The notes under the pieces were generated by a model, which was given only the letters and a program-made list of their open reading frames with translations, made no database searches and was not told the DNA's origin. Shown piece by piece: positions 51,560 to 61,201 of a DNA stretch of 64,000 nt. The position numbers and the translations under genes were made by a program. Numbering within the stretch: the stretch's first letter is position 1; each line of letters begins with the position of its first letter. Source of the stretch: an uncultured Gemmatimonadales bacterium (GTDB lineage Bacteria; Gemmatimonadota; Gemmatimonadetes; Longimicrobiales; RSA9); the NCBI GenBank assembly GCA_963741945.1, contig CAVUKA010000001.1, positions 512,001-576,000 of the forward strand, read 5' to 3'.

Positions 51560-52364
51560 CGCGGGGATAGCCCCTGCGCCCGAGCAGGGCCGCGAGCTCG
51601 ACGAACCGCTCGGGCGACAGCCCTTCCGGTCGCGTCTCCGGCTCCACGCCCACTTCCCGCAGCACCGCCTCGGCGGCTGCCGCGTCCATCTCGTAGCCCC
51701 GGGCAGTGCGCAGGATCTTCTGCAGCTGCTTGCGACGCAGCCCGAACGCGGCGCGCGTCAGCGAACGCAACGCGCCACCCTGCCCGACCGCCGCGGGCTC
51801 CTCGCGAGGCCAGAGCCGGAGGACGGTGGAGTCCACGTTCGGCACGGGCCGGAAGGCGCCGCGGCCCACGCCGAACAGACGCTCCACCTCCGTCTGCGCG
51901 CGGACCCCCACGCTCAATGCGCCGTACGCCCGCGTCCCCGGAGCGGCCACGATCCGATCCGCCACTTCCTTCTGCACCATGAGGACGATCCGCTCCGGCC
52001 GGGGTTTCCATTCCAGGATCCGGAAGAGGATGGGGGACGTGATGTTGTACGGGATGTTCCCGACCACCTTGTACGGCGCGGCGTCGACCACCGGCCGCGG
52101 GTCCCATTCCAGGACGTCGCGGTGAACGATGGTGACGCCGGGATCGTCGTGATACTGCGCCGCGAGCCCCGCGGCCAGCTCGTCGTCCAGCTCCACGGCC
52201 ACCACGCGTCCTGCGGCGGGGACCAGGCGCTCCGTGAGCGCACCCCGCCCCGGGCCGATCTCCACCACCAGGTCGTCCGGACCCGGATCGAGCGCGGCCA
52301 CGATCTTCTGCTGGAGGTTGGGATCGACCAGGAAGTTCTGTCCCAGGGACTTCTTGGCGCGCAC
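51549..52364 (-). CDS. rsmA: 16S rRNA m6,2A dimethyltransferase
   Basis: KKSLGQNFL, EIGPGRG, GNIPYNIT and MVQKEVA. Confidence 0.96.
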   Translation of the reverse strand: MRAKKSLGQNFLVDPNLQQKIVAALDPGPDDLVVEIGPGRGALTERLVPAAGRVVAVELDDELAAGLAAQYHDDPGVTIVHRDVLEWDPRPVVDAAPYKVVGNIPYNITSPILFRILEWKPRPERIVLMVQKEVADRIVAAPGTRAYGALSVGVRAQTEVERLFGVGRGAFRPVPNVDSTVLRLWPREEPAAVGQGGALRSLTRAAFGLRRKQLQKILRTARGYEMDAAAAEAVLREVGVEPETRPEGLSPERFVELAALLGRRGYPRGDA

Positions 52365-52371
52365 GGGCGCG

Positions 52372-53952
52372 TCAGCTCCGGACCAGCACCGCGGTCCGGT
52401 CGTCGGGCGGGATGTCGACCCGACCGCCCGTGGCCCGCTCGAACACCTTGTCGAGGATCTCCTCGGGCTCGAGGCGTCGCAGCCCGACCACTTCCGCGAG
52501 GAGCGCCTGCTCACCACTGATCCCGGACTCCCCCGAGAACGCGTCGGACAGCCCGTCCGTGAACAGGACCAGCATGTCATCCCCGTTCCACGGCAGTCGG
52601 TCCTCGCCGTACTCCGGCAGCGTGGACGTGCCCAGCGGTGGACTGGTGGCCCCGAGGCGCTTCACGCTGCCGTCGCCCCGGACCACGAACGCATGCGGGT
52701 GCCCGGCGTTGCTGAACACCACCTCTCCGCGCCCTGGATCGACCACTGCGAAGAGGATGGTGAGGTACATCTCCGTGGTCTCCAGCTCATCGATCAGCGC
52801 CTGGTGGACCCGGCGCAGCGCTTCGCCTGGCGTGCTGGACTCCTGGGCGTAAATGGCGATGGCGCTCATGGTCAGCGCCATGATGAGCGCGGCGGAGAAC
52901 CCGTGGCTGGACACATCCCCGATGACGACGCCCAGGCGCCCGCCGGACATCTCGAACAGGTGGTACAGGTCGCCGCCCACGGATTCCGCCGGTGCGCAGC
53001 GCGCCGCCACGCGGGCCGTCTTCGCGAACTGGTGCGCATCGGGGAGCAGCTTGAGCTGGAGGTCGTGGGCCAGCTCGAGCTCCCGCTCGAAGCGCTCGCG
53101 ACGCAGGCTCTCGCGCACGATCCGCTGCGTCTCCAGCGCGGCGCCCACCTGGCTGGCGATGGCGGTGAGCAGCCGGAGGTCGCCCGCGCTGAAGCGGACA
53201 TCCGTGCGGCGGCCGACGAGCGTCACCACGCCCAGGGTGCGGCTCCCGCCGTCGGGCGGCGTGAAGTTCACCGGCACCGACAGGTACGGCTCCTCGCCAT
53301 GGGGCCGCGGCTCGCGCATGGTGCCACGCGGAAGGCGGTCACCCCGTTCCAGGTTGATCGACTGCCGCTCGCGGAACACGCGGGCAGTCACGGAGCGCTT
53401 GTCGTTGATGTCGATGGGGCCCTTCATCCCCTCGTCGCCCACCGCGGCCGTGAGCGTGAGGCGCGTATGGCCGCGGTCCACTACCCAGAGCGCTGCCCGG
53501 CGGGCGCCCATGACGTCCGCCACCTCCTCCAGGATGCGCGTGGTCGCTTCCTGCATGGACAGGAAGGAGGCCAGGATCTCGGAGATGGTGTACAGGAGGT
53601 TGATCTCCTCGTAGCGGTCGCTCAGCTCACGGGCGGCCGAGCGGGCCTCCGCTTCCTGGTTCAGGCTCTGCTCCAGCGCCGCGAGCACGAAATCCACGTC
53701 CCCCTCGGCGCCGGGCCCGACCACCTCCAGCTCGTAGTCCCGCCCGTCCACGCGCAGCGGCGTGCGCGTGGCGGTGGAAGGCGCGAGCTGCGTCCCCTCG
53801 CCCTCGCCCTCGGGATAGACGCGGAGCCATTCGCCAGCATCGAGCCGCCACAACCGGGCGACCGTACGGGGGTGCCCGCGCGCGTAGCGATCGAGCAGGT
53901 CGAACGTGGCGGCCGGGAGCCGGCGGGCGTCGGCCCGCAGGGTCCCGGTCAC
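52372..53952 (-). CDS. GAF + SpoIIE/RsbU PP2C phosphatase
   Basis: GAF domain, then GGDLY, IGDVSSHG, NAGHP, FTDGL and DDRT. GTGA overlap. Confidence 0.9.
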   Translation of the reverse strand: MTGTLRADARRLPAATFDLLDRYARGHPRTVARLWRLDAGEWLRVYPEGEGEGTQLAPSTATRTPLRVDGRDYELEVVGPGAEGDVDFVLAALEQSLNQEAEARSAARELSDRYEEINLLYTISEILASFLSMQEATTRILEEVADVMGARRAALWVVDRGHTRLTLTAAVGDEGMKGPIDINDKRSVTARVFRERQSINLERGDRLPRGTMREPRPHGEEPYLSVPVNFTPPDGGSRTLGVVTLVGRRTDVRFSAGDLRLLTAIASQVGAALETQRIVRESLRRERFERELELAHDLQLKLLPDAHQFAKTARVAARCAPAESVGGDLYHLFEMSGGRLGVVIGDVSSHGFSAALIMALTMSAIAIYAQESSTPGEALRRVHQALIDELETTEMYLTILFAVVDPGRGEVVFSNAGHPHAFVVRGDGSVKRLGATSPPLGTSTLPEYGEDRLPWNGDDMLVLFTDGLSDAFSGESGISGEQALLAEVVGLRRLEPEEILDKVFERATGGRVDIPPDDRTAVLVRS

Positions 53953-54386
53953 GCGCGCAGCTCCTGCTCGGGCCCCACCGGGTCGGCTTCGAGCACCATC
54001 TCGATGGAATTGCCCTGATCGTTGAACTCGACACGGTCCATGAGCTGCCGTATGAGGAAGACGCCCCGCCCACGGGCGCGCATCCGGTTGTGAGGGAGGG
54101 TGGGGTCCGGGAGCGTTTCCGGGTCGAAGCCGGTGCCCTCGTCGGTGACGCGGACGCGCACCACGCGCTCGGTGCACCAGCACTCCAGGACCACCCGCTT
54201 CGCGGGGTCCCGCGAGTTGCCGTACAGCATGGCGTTGGCCAGCGCCTCGGTCACGCCGACCCGGAGATTCAGCCGCAACCTCGATTCGTCGAAGCCGGCG
54301 GCCCGGCAGCGATCGAGCAGGTACTCTATGCTTCGCTCGATCGCCCCCAGGTCGTTCGGGAGCTCGAGGATGTGTCGGTCATCCAT
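53949..54386 (-). CDS. RsbW-like anti-sigma/serine kinase
   Basis: EALANAMLYGN, DEGTGFD and GRGVFLIRQLMD. Confidence 0.9.
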   Translation of the reverse strand: MDDRHILELPNDLGAIERSIEYLLDRCRAAGFDESRLRLNLRVGVTEALANAMLYGNSRDPAKRVVLECWCTERVVRVRVTDEGTGFDPETLPDPTLPHNRMRARGRGVFLIRQLMDRVEFNDQGNSIEMVLEADPVGPEQELRA

Positions 54387-54461
54387 CCGCCCACCTCGTG
54401 TGCGCCGCAAGTCGGGGAAACCGCATCCATAGGATAACCGGCGTCCCGACGGCGAGGTAGG

Positions 54462-54794
54462 TCAGAACGATTCGAGCGCTTCCTCGCGGCTGTTCGTGAT
54501 GTGGAACAGCGTGTCCAGCTTCGTCAGCTCGAACAGCGTCCGGAGATCCTCGTTGAGGTTGGCCAGCCGGAGCTCGCCACCCTGCTCGCGGATCTTCTTC
54601 GACAGGCTCACGAGGACACCCAGCCCCGAGGAGTCGATGTAGCCGGTGCGGTCGAAATCGATCAGGAACTTCCGCTCTCCCTCCTCGAGCTCGTCCAGCA
54701 CCTTCTGCTTCAGCTCCTGTCGGTTTCCGACGATCAGCTGTCCCTCCACATCCAGGACGGTCACATCGTCCTGCCTGGTCACCTCGAAGCCCAT
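54462..54794 (-). CDS. STAS-domain anti-sigma antagonist (RsbV-like)
   Basis: YIDSSGLGVLV phosphoserine motif and FELTKL. Confidence 0.93.
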   Translation of the reverse strand: MGFEVTRQDDVTVLDVEGQLIVGNRQELKQKVLDELEEGERKFLIDFDRTGYIDSSGLGVLVSLSKKIREQGGELRLANLNEDLRTLFELTKLDTLFHITNSREEALESF

Positions 54795-54854
54795 GCTCCC
54801 TCCGTTTTGGTGCGTTTCGGAACGGCCCCCGGGTGGGGCAAGAAAAGTGCCTTC

Positions 54855-55859
54855 TCAGCCGGAGGCCTGCAACGCCGTGATCCCGGCCACGGCCACGATG
54901 TCACCTGCGGACGCCCCTCGCGAGAGGTCGTTGCACGGCTTCGCGAGCCCCTGGAGCACGGGGCCGATCGCCTCCGCGCCAGCCAGCCGCTGTACCAGCT
55001 TGTAGGCCATGTTCCCGGCATCCAGGTCCGGGAACACCAGCACGTTGGCTCTCCCGGCCACGGGCGAGTCCGGCGCCTTGCCGGCCGCAATGGCCGGGAT
55101 CAGCGCCGCGTCCACCTGCAGCTCGCCGTCCGCCAGCACGTCCGGCTCCGCTTCCCGGAAGAGCGCGAACGCCTCGCGCACCTTGTCGACCCGCGCGTGC
55201 TCGGCGCTGCCGCGGGTGGAAAACGAGAGGAATGCGACGATGGGCTCGTCCCCCACGATCTTCCGCCTCGCTTCCACCGACGCCCGCGCGATGTCCGCGA
55301 GCTGACGGGCGTCGGGGTCAGGCACCACGGCGCCGTCGGTGAAGGAGAGCACCACTTCCTCCGTCGCATCCTTTCGGAACGGGCGGCAGACCATGTAGAA
55401 CGTGGACGAGACGATGGAGATGCCCGGCCGCAGGCCAACGCAGCGGATGGCGGCCCGGATCACGTCGCCCGTGGGGTGGTCGGCGCCGGCGACGGAGCCG
55501 TCCGCCTCCCCTTCCCGCACCATCATGGCTCCGAAGATCAGCGGGTCCCGCGCCCATTGCAGCGCGTCGGCCTCCGTCAGGCCGCGGTCCTTCCGCAGCT
55601 CCATCAGCCGCTCCACGTAGGCGGGGTAGCGCGCGTCCGCGCCCGGGTCACGAAGCTCGAAAGCATCCGGGTCCGCACCCCGCTCGGACAGGCCCCGCCG
55701 CATCTGCTCGAGCGGGCCGAGGATGATCGGCCGTACGCGCTCCTGCGCGCGCAGCTCGATGGCCGCTTCCAGCGTCCGGGGATCATGACCTTCCGGCAGG
55801 ACGATGCGGCGGTCGGCCGCCTTCGCCCGCTCCGCGATTCTATCCAGGAATCCGCTCAT
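54855..55859 (-). CDS. pta: Phosphate acetyltransferase (short form)
   Basis: [29 protein letters not shown] and NDLSRG. Confidence 0.95.
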   Translation of the reverse strand: MSGFLDRIAERAKAADRRIVLPEGHDPRTLEAAIELRAQERVRPIILGPLEQMRRGLSERGADPDAFELRDPGADARYPAYVERLMELRKDRGLTEADALQWARDPLIFGAMMVREGEADGSVAGADHPTGDVIRAAIRCVGLRPGISIVSSTFYMVCRPFRKDATEEVVLSFTDGAVVPDPDARQLADIARASVEARRKIVGDEPIVAFLSFSTRGSAEHARVDKVREAFALFREAEPDVLADGELQVDAALIPAIAAGKAPDSPVAGRANVLVFPDLDAGNMAYKLVQRLAGAEAIGPVLQGLAKPCNDLSRGASAGDIVAVAGITALQASG

Positions 55860-56362
55860 TGCGATCTCAGCTTCTCTATCAGGCGCTCCCGGACCACCGG
55901 GGCCACGAACTGACTCACATCCCCGCCCAGGCTGGCGATCTCGCGCACCAGCGAGGCGGACAGAAAGGAGTAGCGGGCGTCGGGGGCCAGGAACAGGGTT
56001 TCGATCTCGGGATCCAGGTCCCGGTTCATCAACGCCATCTGGAACTCGTACTCGAAATCGGACACGGCCCGAAGGCCGCGCACGATGAGGCTCACGCCCC
56101 GTTCCCTGGCGAAGTCCACCAGCAGGCCGCTGAACGCGGCCGTCTCCACACGCGTCTCGTCTGCGAAGACCTCGTTGATGAGCGCCACGCGCTCATCAAC
56201 GGTGAACAGCCCCGTCTTGGGCTGCGTGGCCCGGTGCCCCACCGCCACGATCACCCGGTTGCAGAAGCGAAGGCTCCTGCGCACGATGTCCGCGTGCCCG
56301 TGGGTGATCGGGTCGAAGGAGCCCGGATAGATGGCCGTGGCGCAACCAGTGGAGTCGCTCAT
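55856..56362 (-). CDS. coaD: Pantetheine-phosphate adenylyltransferase
   Basis: [12 protein letters not shown] and [12 protein letters not shown]. Confidence 0.97.
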   Translation of the reverse strand: MSDSTGCATAIYPGSFDPITHGHADIVRRSLRFCNRVIVAVGHRATQPKTGLFTVDERVALINEVFADETRVETAAFSGLLVDFARERGVSLIVRGLRAVSDFEYEFQMALMNRDLDPEIETLFLAPDARYSFLSASLVREIASLGGDVSQFVAPVVRERLIEKLRSQ

Positions 56363-56886
56363 TCGCCGGCTCGGTAACGGGTGATCAGGGTATCGCCGTA
56401 GCGCCGCGTGTCCGCGTTCCCGTCGTCCGGGAGCGGGTCGGCCACGCCGTGCTCGATCCATAGAAAGTCCGCGAACGGGCGTCGCAGGAAAAGGTCGGCG
56501 AGGGCGCGGGCCTCACCGGAGCCGTACGGCGGGTCGGCCAGCACGATGTCGAACGCGCCCGCCTCCAGTCGCTCCGCGAACCCGATGGCATCGCCGCGCA
56601 CCACGTCCGTCATGGCCCCGGCGTCCAGCTTCGCGATGTTGGCGCGCAGCGTTCGGAGCGCGGGCCCGGACCTCTCGACGAAAGTGGCGGAGCGAGCCCC
56701 GCGCGAGAGCGCTTCCAGCCCCAGTCCGCCAGAGCCGGCGAACAGGTCGAGCACGCGGGCATCGGCAAGGACCGGCTGGACCATGTTCATCCACGCCTCC
56801 CGTACCCGGTCCCGGGTGGGGCGCGTCCGGTCGCCCGGCGGCGCCTGGATGGGGTGGCCACGCCAGCGCCCCGCGATGATGCGCAT
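56359..56886 (-). CDS. rsmD: 16S rRNA m2G966 methyltransferase
   Basis: MRIIAG, TRPT.DRVRE, LDLFAGSG, EALSRG and DPPY. Confidence 0.95.
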   Translation of the reverse strand: MRIIAGRWRGHPIQAPPGDRTRPTRDRVREAWMNMVQPVLADARVLDLFAGSGGLGLEALSRGARSATFVERSGPALRTLRANIAKLDAGAMTDVVRGDAIGFAERLEAGAFDIVLADPPYGSGEARALADLFLRRPFADFLWIEHGVADPLPDDGNADTRRYGDTLITRYRAGE

Positions 56887-58622
56887 CAGCCGGCGGGCCT
56901 GAGGTCGACCACGCGTGCCTGCAGCCGCCGCCGCCCGTTCCAGCTGTCCTCCTGGAGCTGCGCCGCCACATCCATCGGCTCGCCGGATGCCGCCAGCGGG
57001 CCGTGGCTGGCCGCCATCCGGAAGGCGATGCCGGCCAGCGCCGCGGACCCGTCCACAAGACGGAGCTTGAGGTGCAGCCCTTCCGCCCCCACCGCCTTCA
57101 CGTCCGCCGCCCTGATCCCGCGGAACGCGAACACGGGGGTCGGGTTGCCCGCGCCGAACGGCCCCGCGTGAGCCAGGTAACGGACCAGCTCGGGTGTGAC
57201 ATCCGACAGTCGGAGCTCCAGGTCCACTCGCAGCTCCGGCACGGGCGCGTCGGGCAGGCGCCGCCGGCATTCCGCCTCGAACGCCTCCCGGAAGGCGCCG
57301 ATCCGCTCCGGCCGGATGTCGAAGCCGGCCGCGGCCGCGTGCCCGCCGAACCGCTCCAGGTGCTCACCGCACGACCGCACGGCGTCCAGAAGGTGGAAGC
57401 CGGGGATGGAGCGCGCGCTCCCCCGGGCGAGGCCGCCGTCGCCGGGAACGGCAATCAGGATCGTCGGCCGGTGATAGAGCTCCACCAGCCTCGATGCCAC
57501 GATGCCGATCACGCCCGCGTGCCAGCCGCCGCCATCCAGCACGATGGACCGGTCGCGGTCGGGATCGTAGAGCCCGTCCAGCCGCTCCCGCGCCTGTGCG
57601 ACCAGGGCCCTGTCCATGGACTGCCGGCGCGCGTTGGCCGACTCCAGCGCCTCCGCCAGCCTGCCCGCGCCGCTCCCGTCCGAGAGGAGCAGCTCCAGTC
57701 CCGTGGCCGCATCCTCGAGCCGCCCGATCGCGTTCAGGCGGGGACCCAGCCCGTGACTCAGGTGCCCCGCCGTGAGCGCTCTCTCCCGCAGCCCCGCCAC
57801 CTCCACCAGCGCTCGCAGACCCGGGCTCCGCGTCTGTTCCAGAACCCGCAGCCCGAACCGCGTCATCACACGGTTCTCCCCCGTCAGCGGCATCACGTCC
57901 GCCACCGTGGCCAGCGCCACCAGGTCGAGGAAATGATGGATTTCAGGGTCGGGAACGCCGTACGTCCGCGCCAGAGCCAGCCCCACCTTGAAGGCCACCC
58001 CCGTGCCGGACAGGTGCGGGTTCGCGTATTCCGAATCCGCGCGCCGCGGGTTCACCACCGCCACGGCCGCCGGCAATGTCTCAGCCGGCGTGTGATGGTC
58101 CGTGACGATCACGTCCATCCCCGCCCGCCCCGCCGCTTCCACCGCATCGTGCGCCACGGTCCCGCAGTCGCCCGTCAGGATCAGCCGCGCGTCGGATTCA
58201 ACCGCCCGCCGCACCCCCGCCGGGCCGAGGTCGTAGCCGTCCCGGGTCCGGTGCGGAACGAAGGGGACCACACGCGCGCCGAGACGCCGGAGCACCTGCG
58301 TGTACAGCGCCGCGGCGCACATGCCGTCGACATCGTAATCGCCGTGAACCAGGATCGTCTCGTGGCGGTCGATGGCGTCGCGGATCCGCTGGACTGCCGC
58401 GGCCACGTCCACCAGCGTGGCGGGGTCGTGGAGCTCGTCGAGGGAGGGGCGGAGGAAGGCCCGTGCGGCCGCGGGGTCGGCATGGCCGCGCGCCACCAGG
58501 AGGCGGCACAGGGGCTCGGGCAGGTGGAGATCCGCGGCGAGGCGGGTGGCGGCGACCGCGGCGCCAGCGGCCGGGGCACCGTCCAGGCGCCAGCGACGGG
58601 CGAGCGACGGGACCGTGGTCAT
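56886..58622 (-). CDS. recJ: ssDNA exonuclease RecJ
   Basis: GDYDVDG, TDHH, ATVADV, PRLNA.GR, GSARS and GGHAAAAG. Confidence 0.96.
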   Translation of the reverse strand: MTTVPSLARRWRLDGAPAAGAAVAATRLAADLHLPEPLCRLLVARGHADPAAARAFLRPSLDELHDPATLVDVAAAVQRIRDAIDRHETILVHGDYDVDGMCAAALYTQVLRRLGARVVPFVPHRTRDGYDLGPAGVRRAVESDARLILTGDCGTVAHDAVEAAGRAGMDVIVTDHHTPAETLPAAVAVVNPRRADSEYANPHLSGTGVAFKVGLALARTYGVPDPEIHHFLDLVALATVADVMPLTGENRVMTRFGLRVLEQTRSPGLRALVEVAGLRERALTAGHLSHGLGPRLNAIGRLEDAATGLELLLSDGSGAGRLAEALESANARRQSMDRALVAQARERLDGLYDPDRDRSIVLDGGGWHAGVIGIVASRLVELYHRPTILIAVPGDGGLARGSARSIPGFHLLDAVRSCGEHLERFGGHAAAAGFDIRPERIGAFREAFEAECRRRLPDAPVPELRVDLELRLSDVTPELVRYLAHAGPFGAGNPTPVFAFRGIRAADVKAVGAEGLHLKLRLVDGSAALAGIAFRMAASHGPLAASGEPMDVAAQLQEDSWNGRRRLQARVVDLRPAG

Positions 58623-58659
58623 GGGCGAAAGGGCCGGTGCTCGCCGGCCATCCGGGGGA

Positions 58660-59367
58660 TCAGTCCTCGGCGTAAAGGATCACGCCGCACGCCTCGCAGC
58701 GGTGGAGCGTCTCGGCGCGCCGAATCTCGTTCCGCTCCTGCAGTGGGACGAGGCTGAAGCAGTGGCCGCACGCACCATCGGGCGTCAGCCGCGCCAGCGC
58801 CACCGTGGTCTTGCCACCGCGGATCCGCTCGTACAGGCGGGCGACGTTGCCGTTCATGCGAAGCAGCTTGTTCTCACGCTGCTGCTCCAGCACCTCGAGC
58901 TGCTCCCGGGCCGCGTCCCGGCCTTCCAGCAGCTCCTGGCGACGAGGCGCGGCCTCCGCACGCGTCGCGTCCAGCTTCTTCTCCAGCTCGTCCAGCTTCA
59001 GCTCCGTGCGCCGCACCTGGTCCATCGCGTTCAGGGCGTCGTTCTCGTCCGCTTCGATCGCTCCACGGATCAGGTCCAGCTCCGCCCTGGCCGCGGCCTC
59101 TTCCCGCGCGTTGCGCACCCGATCCAGGTGGCTCTCGTACTTCTTCAGCTGGGCGTCCTTGTCCTCCGCACCACGCTCCAGCCGCCTCGCCTCCGCCTTC
59201 AGGTCGTCCAGCCGCTTCCGCAACGACGCCACTTCCTGCTCCGCCGCCACCACTGGCGCCTCCAGCGCCTCCAGCTCGGGCTCGAAGCGCTGCACCTGCT
59301 CGCGCGCTTCCTCCATCTTGAGGTCCAGCTCCTGCAACTCCAGCAGTGCCCGGTACGTCTCCTCCAT
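58660..59367 (-). CDS. Coiled-coil protein with C4 zinc ribbon (DUF164/CT398-like)
   Basis: LLELQELD, a long coiled coil, YERIR and CGHC...CEACGVILY. Confidence 0.88.
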   Translation of the reverse strand: MEETYRALLELQELDLKMEEAREQVQRFEPELEALEAPVVAAEQEVASLRKRLDDLKAEARRLERGAEDKDAQLKKYESHLDRVRNAREEAAARAELDLIRGAIEADENDALNAMDQVRRTELKLDELEKKLDATRAEAAPRRQELLEGRDAAREQLEVLEQQRENKLLRMNGNVARLYERIRGGKTTVALARLTPDGACGHCFSLVPLQERNEIRRAETLHRCEACGVILYAED

Positions 59368-59404
59368 TCTCCTCCTCTTTCGTGTATGACCGCGTTCCGG
59401 ACCG

Positions 59405-61201
59405 TCAGCCGCCCCGCCGCCAGCGGTTCGACGATTTCGCGCCCAGGGACCGGATCTCGGCCGCCTTCTCGCTCAGCTTCTTCTTCAGCGCGGCCTTCTC
59501 CGCCAGCAACGCCCCCTGCTCCTCTCCGTCCGCCCGCGTGATCCGCTCCTGCAGCTCTTCCAGCCGGCGCAGCTGCGGCAGCAGCAGCAGCTCCTCGACC
59601 GCATCCCCGAACGCCTGGTCCGGATCCGTCCACTCCGTTCGGTCCGCCAGCAGCCGGTCCAGCAGAGACCGCGCTTCCCCGCTCGCCGTGAGCTCCGACA
59701 GATCCCGCTTGCCGGCAGCCGCGTTCCGGAGCAGCGCCTCGAACAGCTCGCGGTTCACCGCACTCCGGAACACGTCCGCCGTCAGCACGTCCACCACCTG
59801 CTCCAGTCGCTGCGGATCCCTGACCAGCAGCTGCAGCAGCAGCCGTTCCGCCCCATCGCGGACGGGGGCCGGCGCCCGCGTCTCCGCTCGCTGCGCCGCC
59901 GCCCGCCGCGGCGACGGGGAGGTGGCGTGGATCTCCCGCTCCAGCGTCTCCCTGCGCACCCCGGTCCGCTTCTCCACCCGGTCCAGGTAGATGTCGCGCA
60001 GCGTCGCATCCCGGGCGGCCCGCAGCGTGGGCAGAAGTCCGTCCAGCGCTTTCCGGACGCCGTCCACGTCCTCGAAGTAGCCCCGCTCCTCCAGGATCTG
60101 GAACTTCCGCTCCAGCAGGTCCACGGCGCCGTCCACGAACGGCGCGAGCGCCGCCGCGCCACCCTGCCGGACCACGGAGTCCGGGTCCTCGCCGGGCGGC
60201 AGCGTCACCACCATCGGGTGGCCGCCGGCGCGCAGCACCTCGTCGCCCGCCCGGAACGTGGCCCGGAGGCCGGCCGGGTCGCTGTCGTACAGCATCAGCA
60301 CCTGGCTGGCGTAGCGGGTGACCAGCTGCGCCTGCTCCGGCGTCATGGCCGTGCCCAGCGTGGCCAGCACGTTCTCAACTCCCCGCACAGCCAGCGAAAC
60401 GTAGTCCATGTATCCTTCCACGACCAGTGCCGCCGACTCCCGCCGGATCGCGGATTTCGACCAGTAGACGCCGTACAGCTCACGCCCCTTGTGATACAAC
60501 GGCGTCTCGGGTGAGTTCAGGTACTTCGGTCCCGGCGCATCACCGCCCAGGACGCGGCCGCCGAACGCGATCACGCGGCCGCGCACATCGGTGATGGGGA
60601 AGATGAGACGATCGCGCAGGCGGTCGTACGGCTCGGGGCTCCGCTCGCTCCGCTTCACCAGCCCGGCGGTCTCCAGCAGCTCGTCGTCGAAGCCGTGATG
60701 CGACGCCGCTTCACGGAGGGCGCGCCAGTCATCGGGCGCGTAGCCGAGCAGGAACCGCTCGGCCGCTTCCGTGCCGATCCCCCGCTGCTCCAGGTACCGC
60801 CTTGCCTTCTCGCCGACGTGCTCGTCTTCGAGCTGACGCCGGTAGAAGTCCGCGGCGTAGGCCACCACTTCCCGGTACATCCGGAGCGGGTCGTCCTCGG
60901 TTCGGCTCTCGGTGCGCGGGATCTCCACGCCCTCCCGCGCGGCCAGCTTCTCCACCGCCTCGTTGAAGCTCAGCCCGGCGTGCTTCATGAGGAAGGAGAA
61001 GACATCCCCGGCCTCGCCGCAGCCGAAGCACTTGTAGAATCCCTTGGCCGGCACCACGTAGAACGACGGCGTCTTCTCGTTGTGGAACGGGCAGAGCGCC
61101 TTGAAGTCCTTTCCCGCCCGCTTCAGCGAGACGTACTCGCCGATCACTTCGACGATGTCCGCGCGATCGCGGACCTCTTCCACCACCTGGTCGGGGATCA
61201 T
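59405..61201 (-). CDS. dnaG: DNA primase
   Basis: CPFHNEKTPSF, CFGC, FGGR, KYLNSPET, EGYMD and YDSD.AG. Confidence 0.97.
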   Translation of the reverse strand: MIPDQVVEEVRDRADIVEVIGEYVSLKRAGKDFKALCPFHNEKTPSFYVVPAKGFYKCFGCGEAGDVFSFLMKHAGLSFNEAVEKLAAREGVEIPRTESRTEDDPLRMYREVVAYAADFYRRQLEDEHVGEKARRYLEQRGIGTEAAERFLLGYAPDDWRALREAASHHGFDDELLETAGLVKRSERSPEPYDRLRDRLIFPITDVRGRVIAFGGRVLGGDAPGPKYLNSPETPLYHKGRELYGVYWSKSAIRRESAALVVEGYMDYVSLAVRGVENVLATLGTAMTPEQAQLVTRYASQVLMLYDSDPAGLRATFRAGDEVLRAGGHPMVVTLPPGEDPDSVVRQGGAAALAPFVDGAVDLLERKFQILEERGYFEDVDGVRKALDGLLPTLRAARDATLRDIYLDRVEKRTGVRRETLEREIHATSPSPRRAAAQRAETRAPAPVRDGAERLLLQLLVRDPQRLEQVVDVLTADVFRSAVNRELFEALLRNAAAGKRDLSELTASGEARSLLDRLLADRTEWTDPDQAFGDAVEELLLLPQLRRLEELQERITRADGEEQGALLAEKAALKKKLSEKAAEIRSLGAKSSNRWRRGG

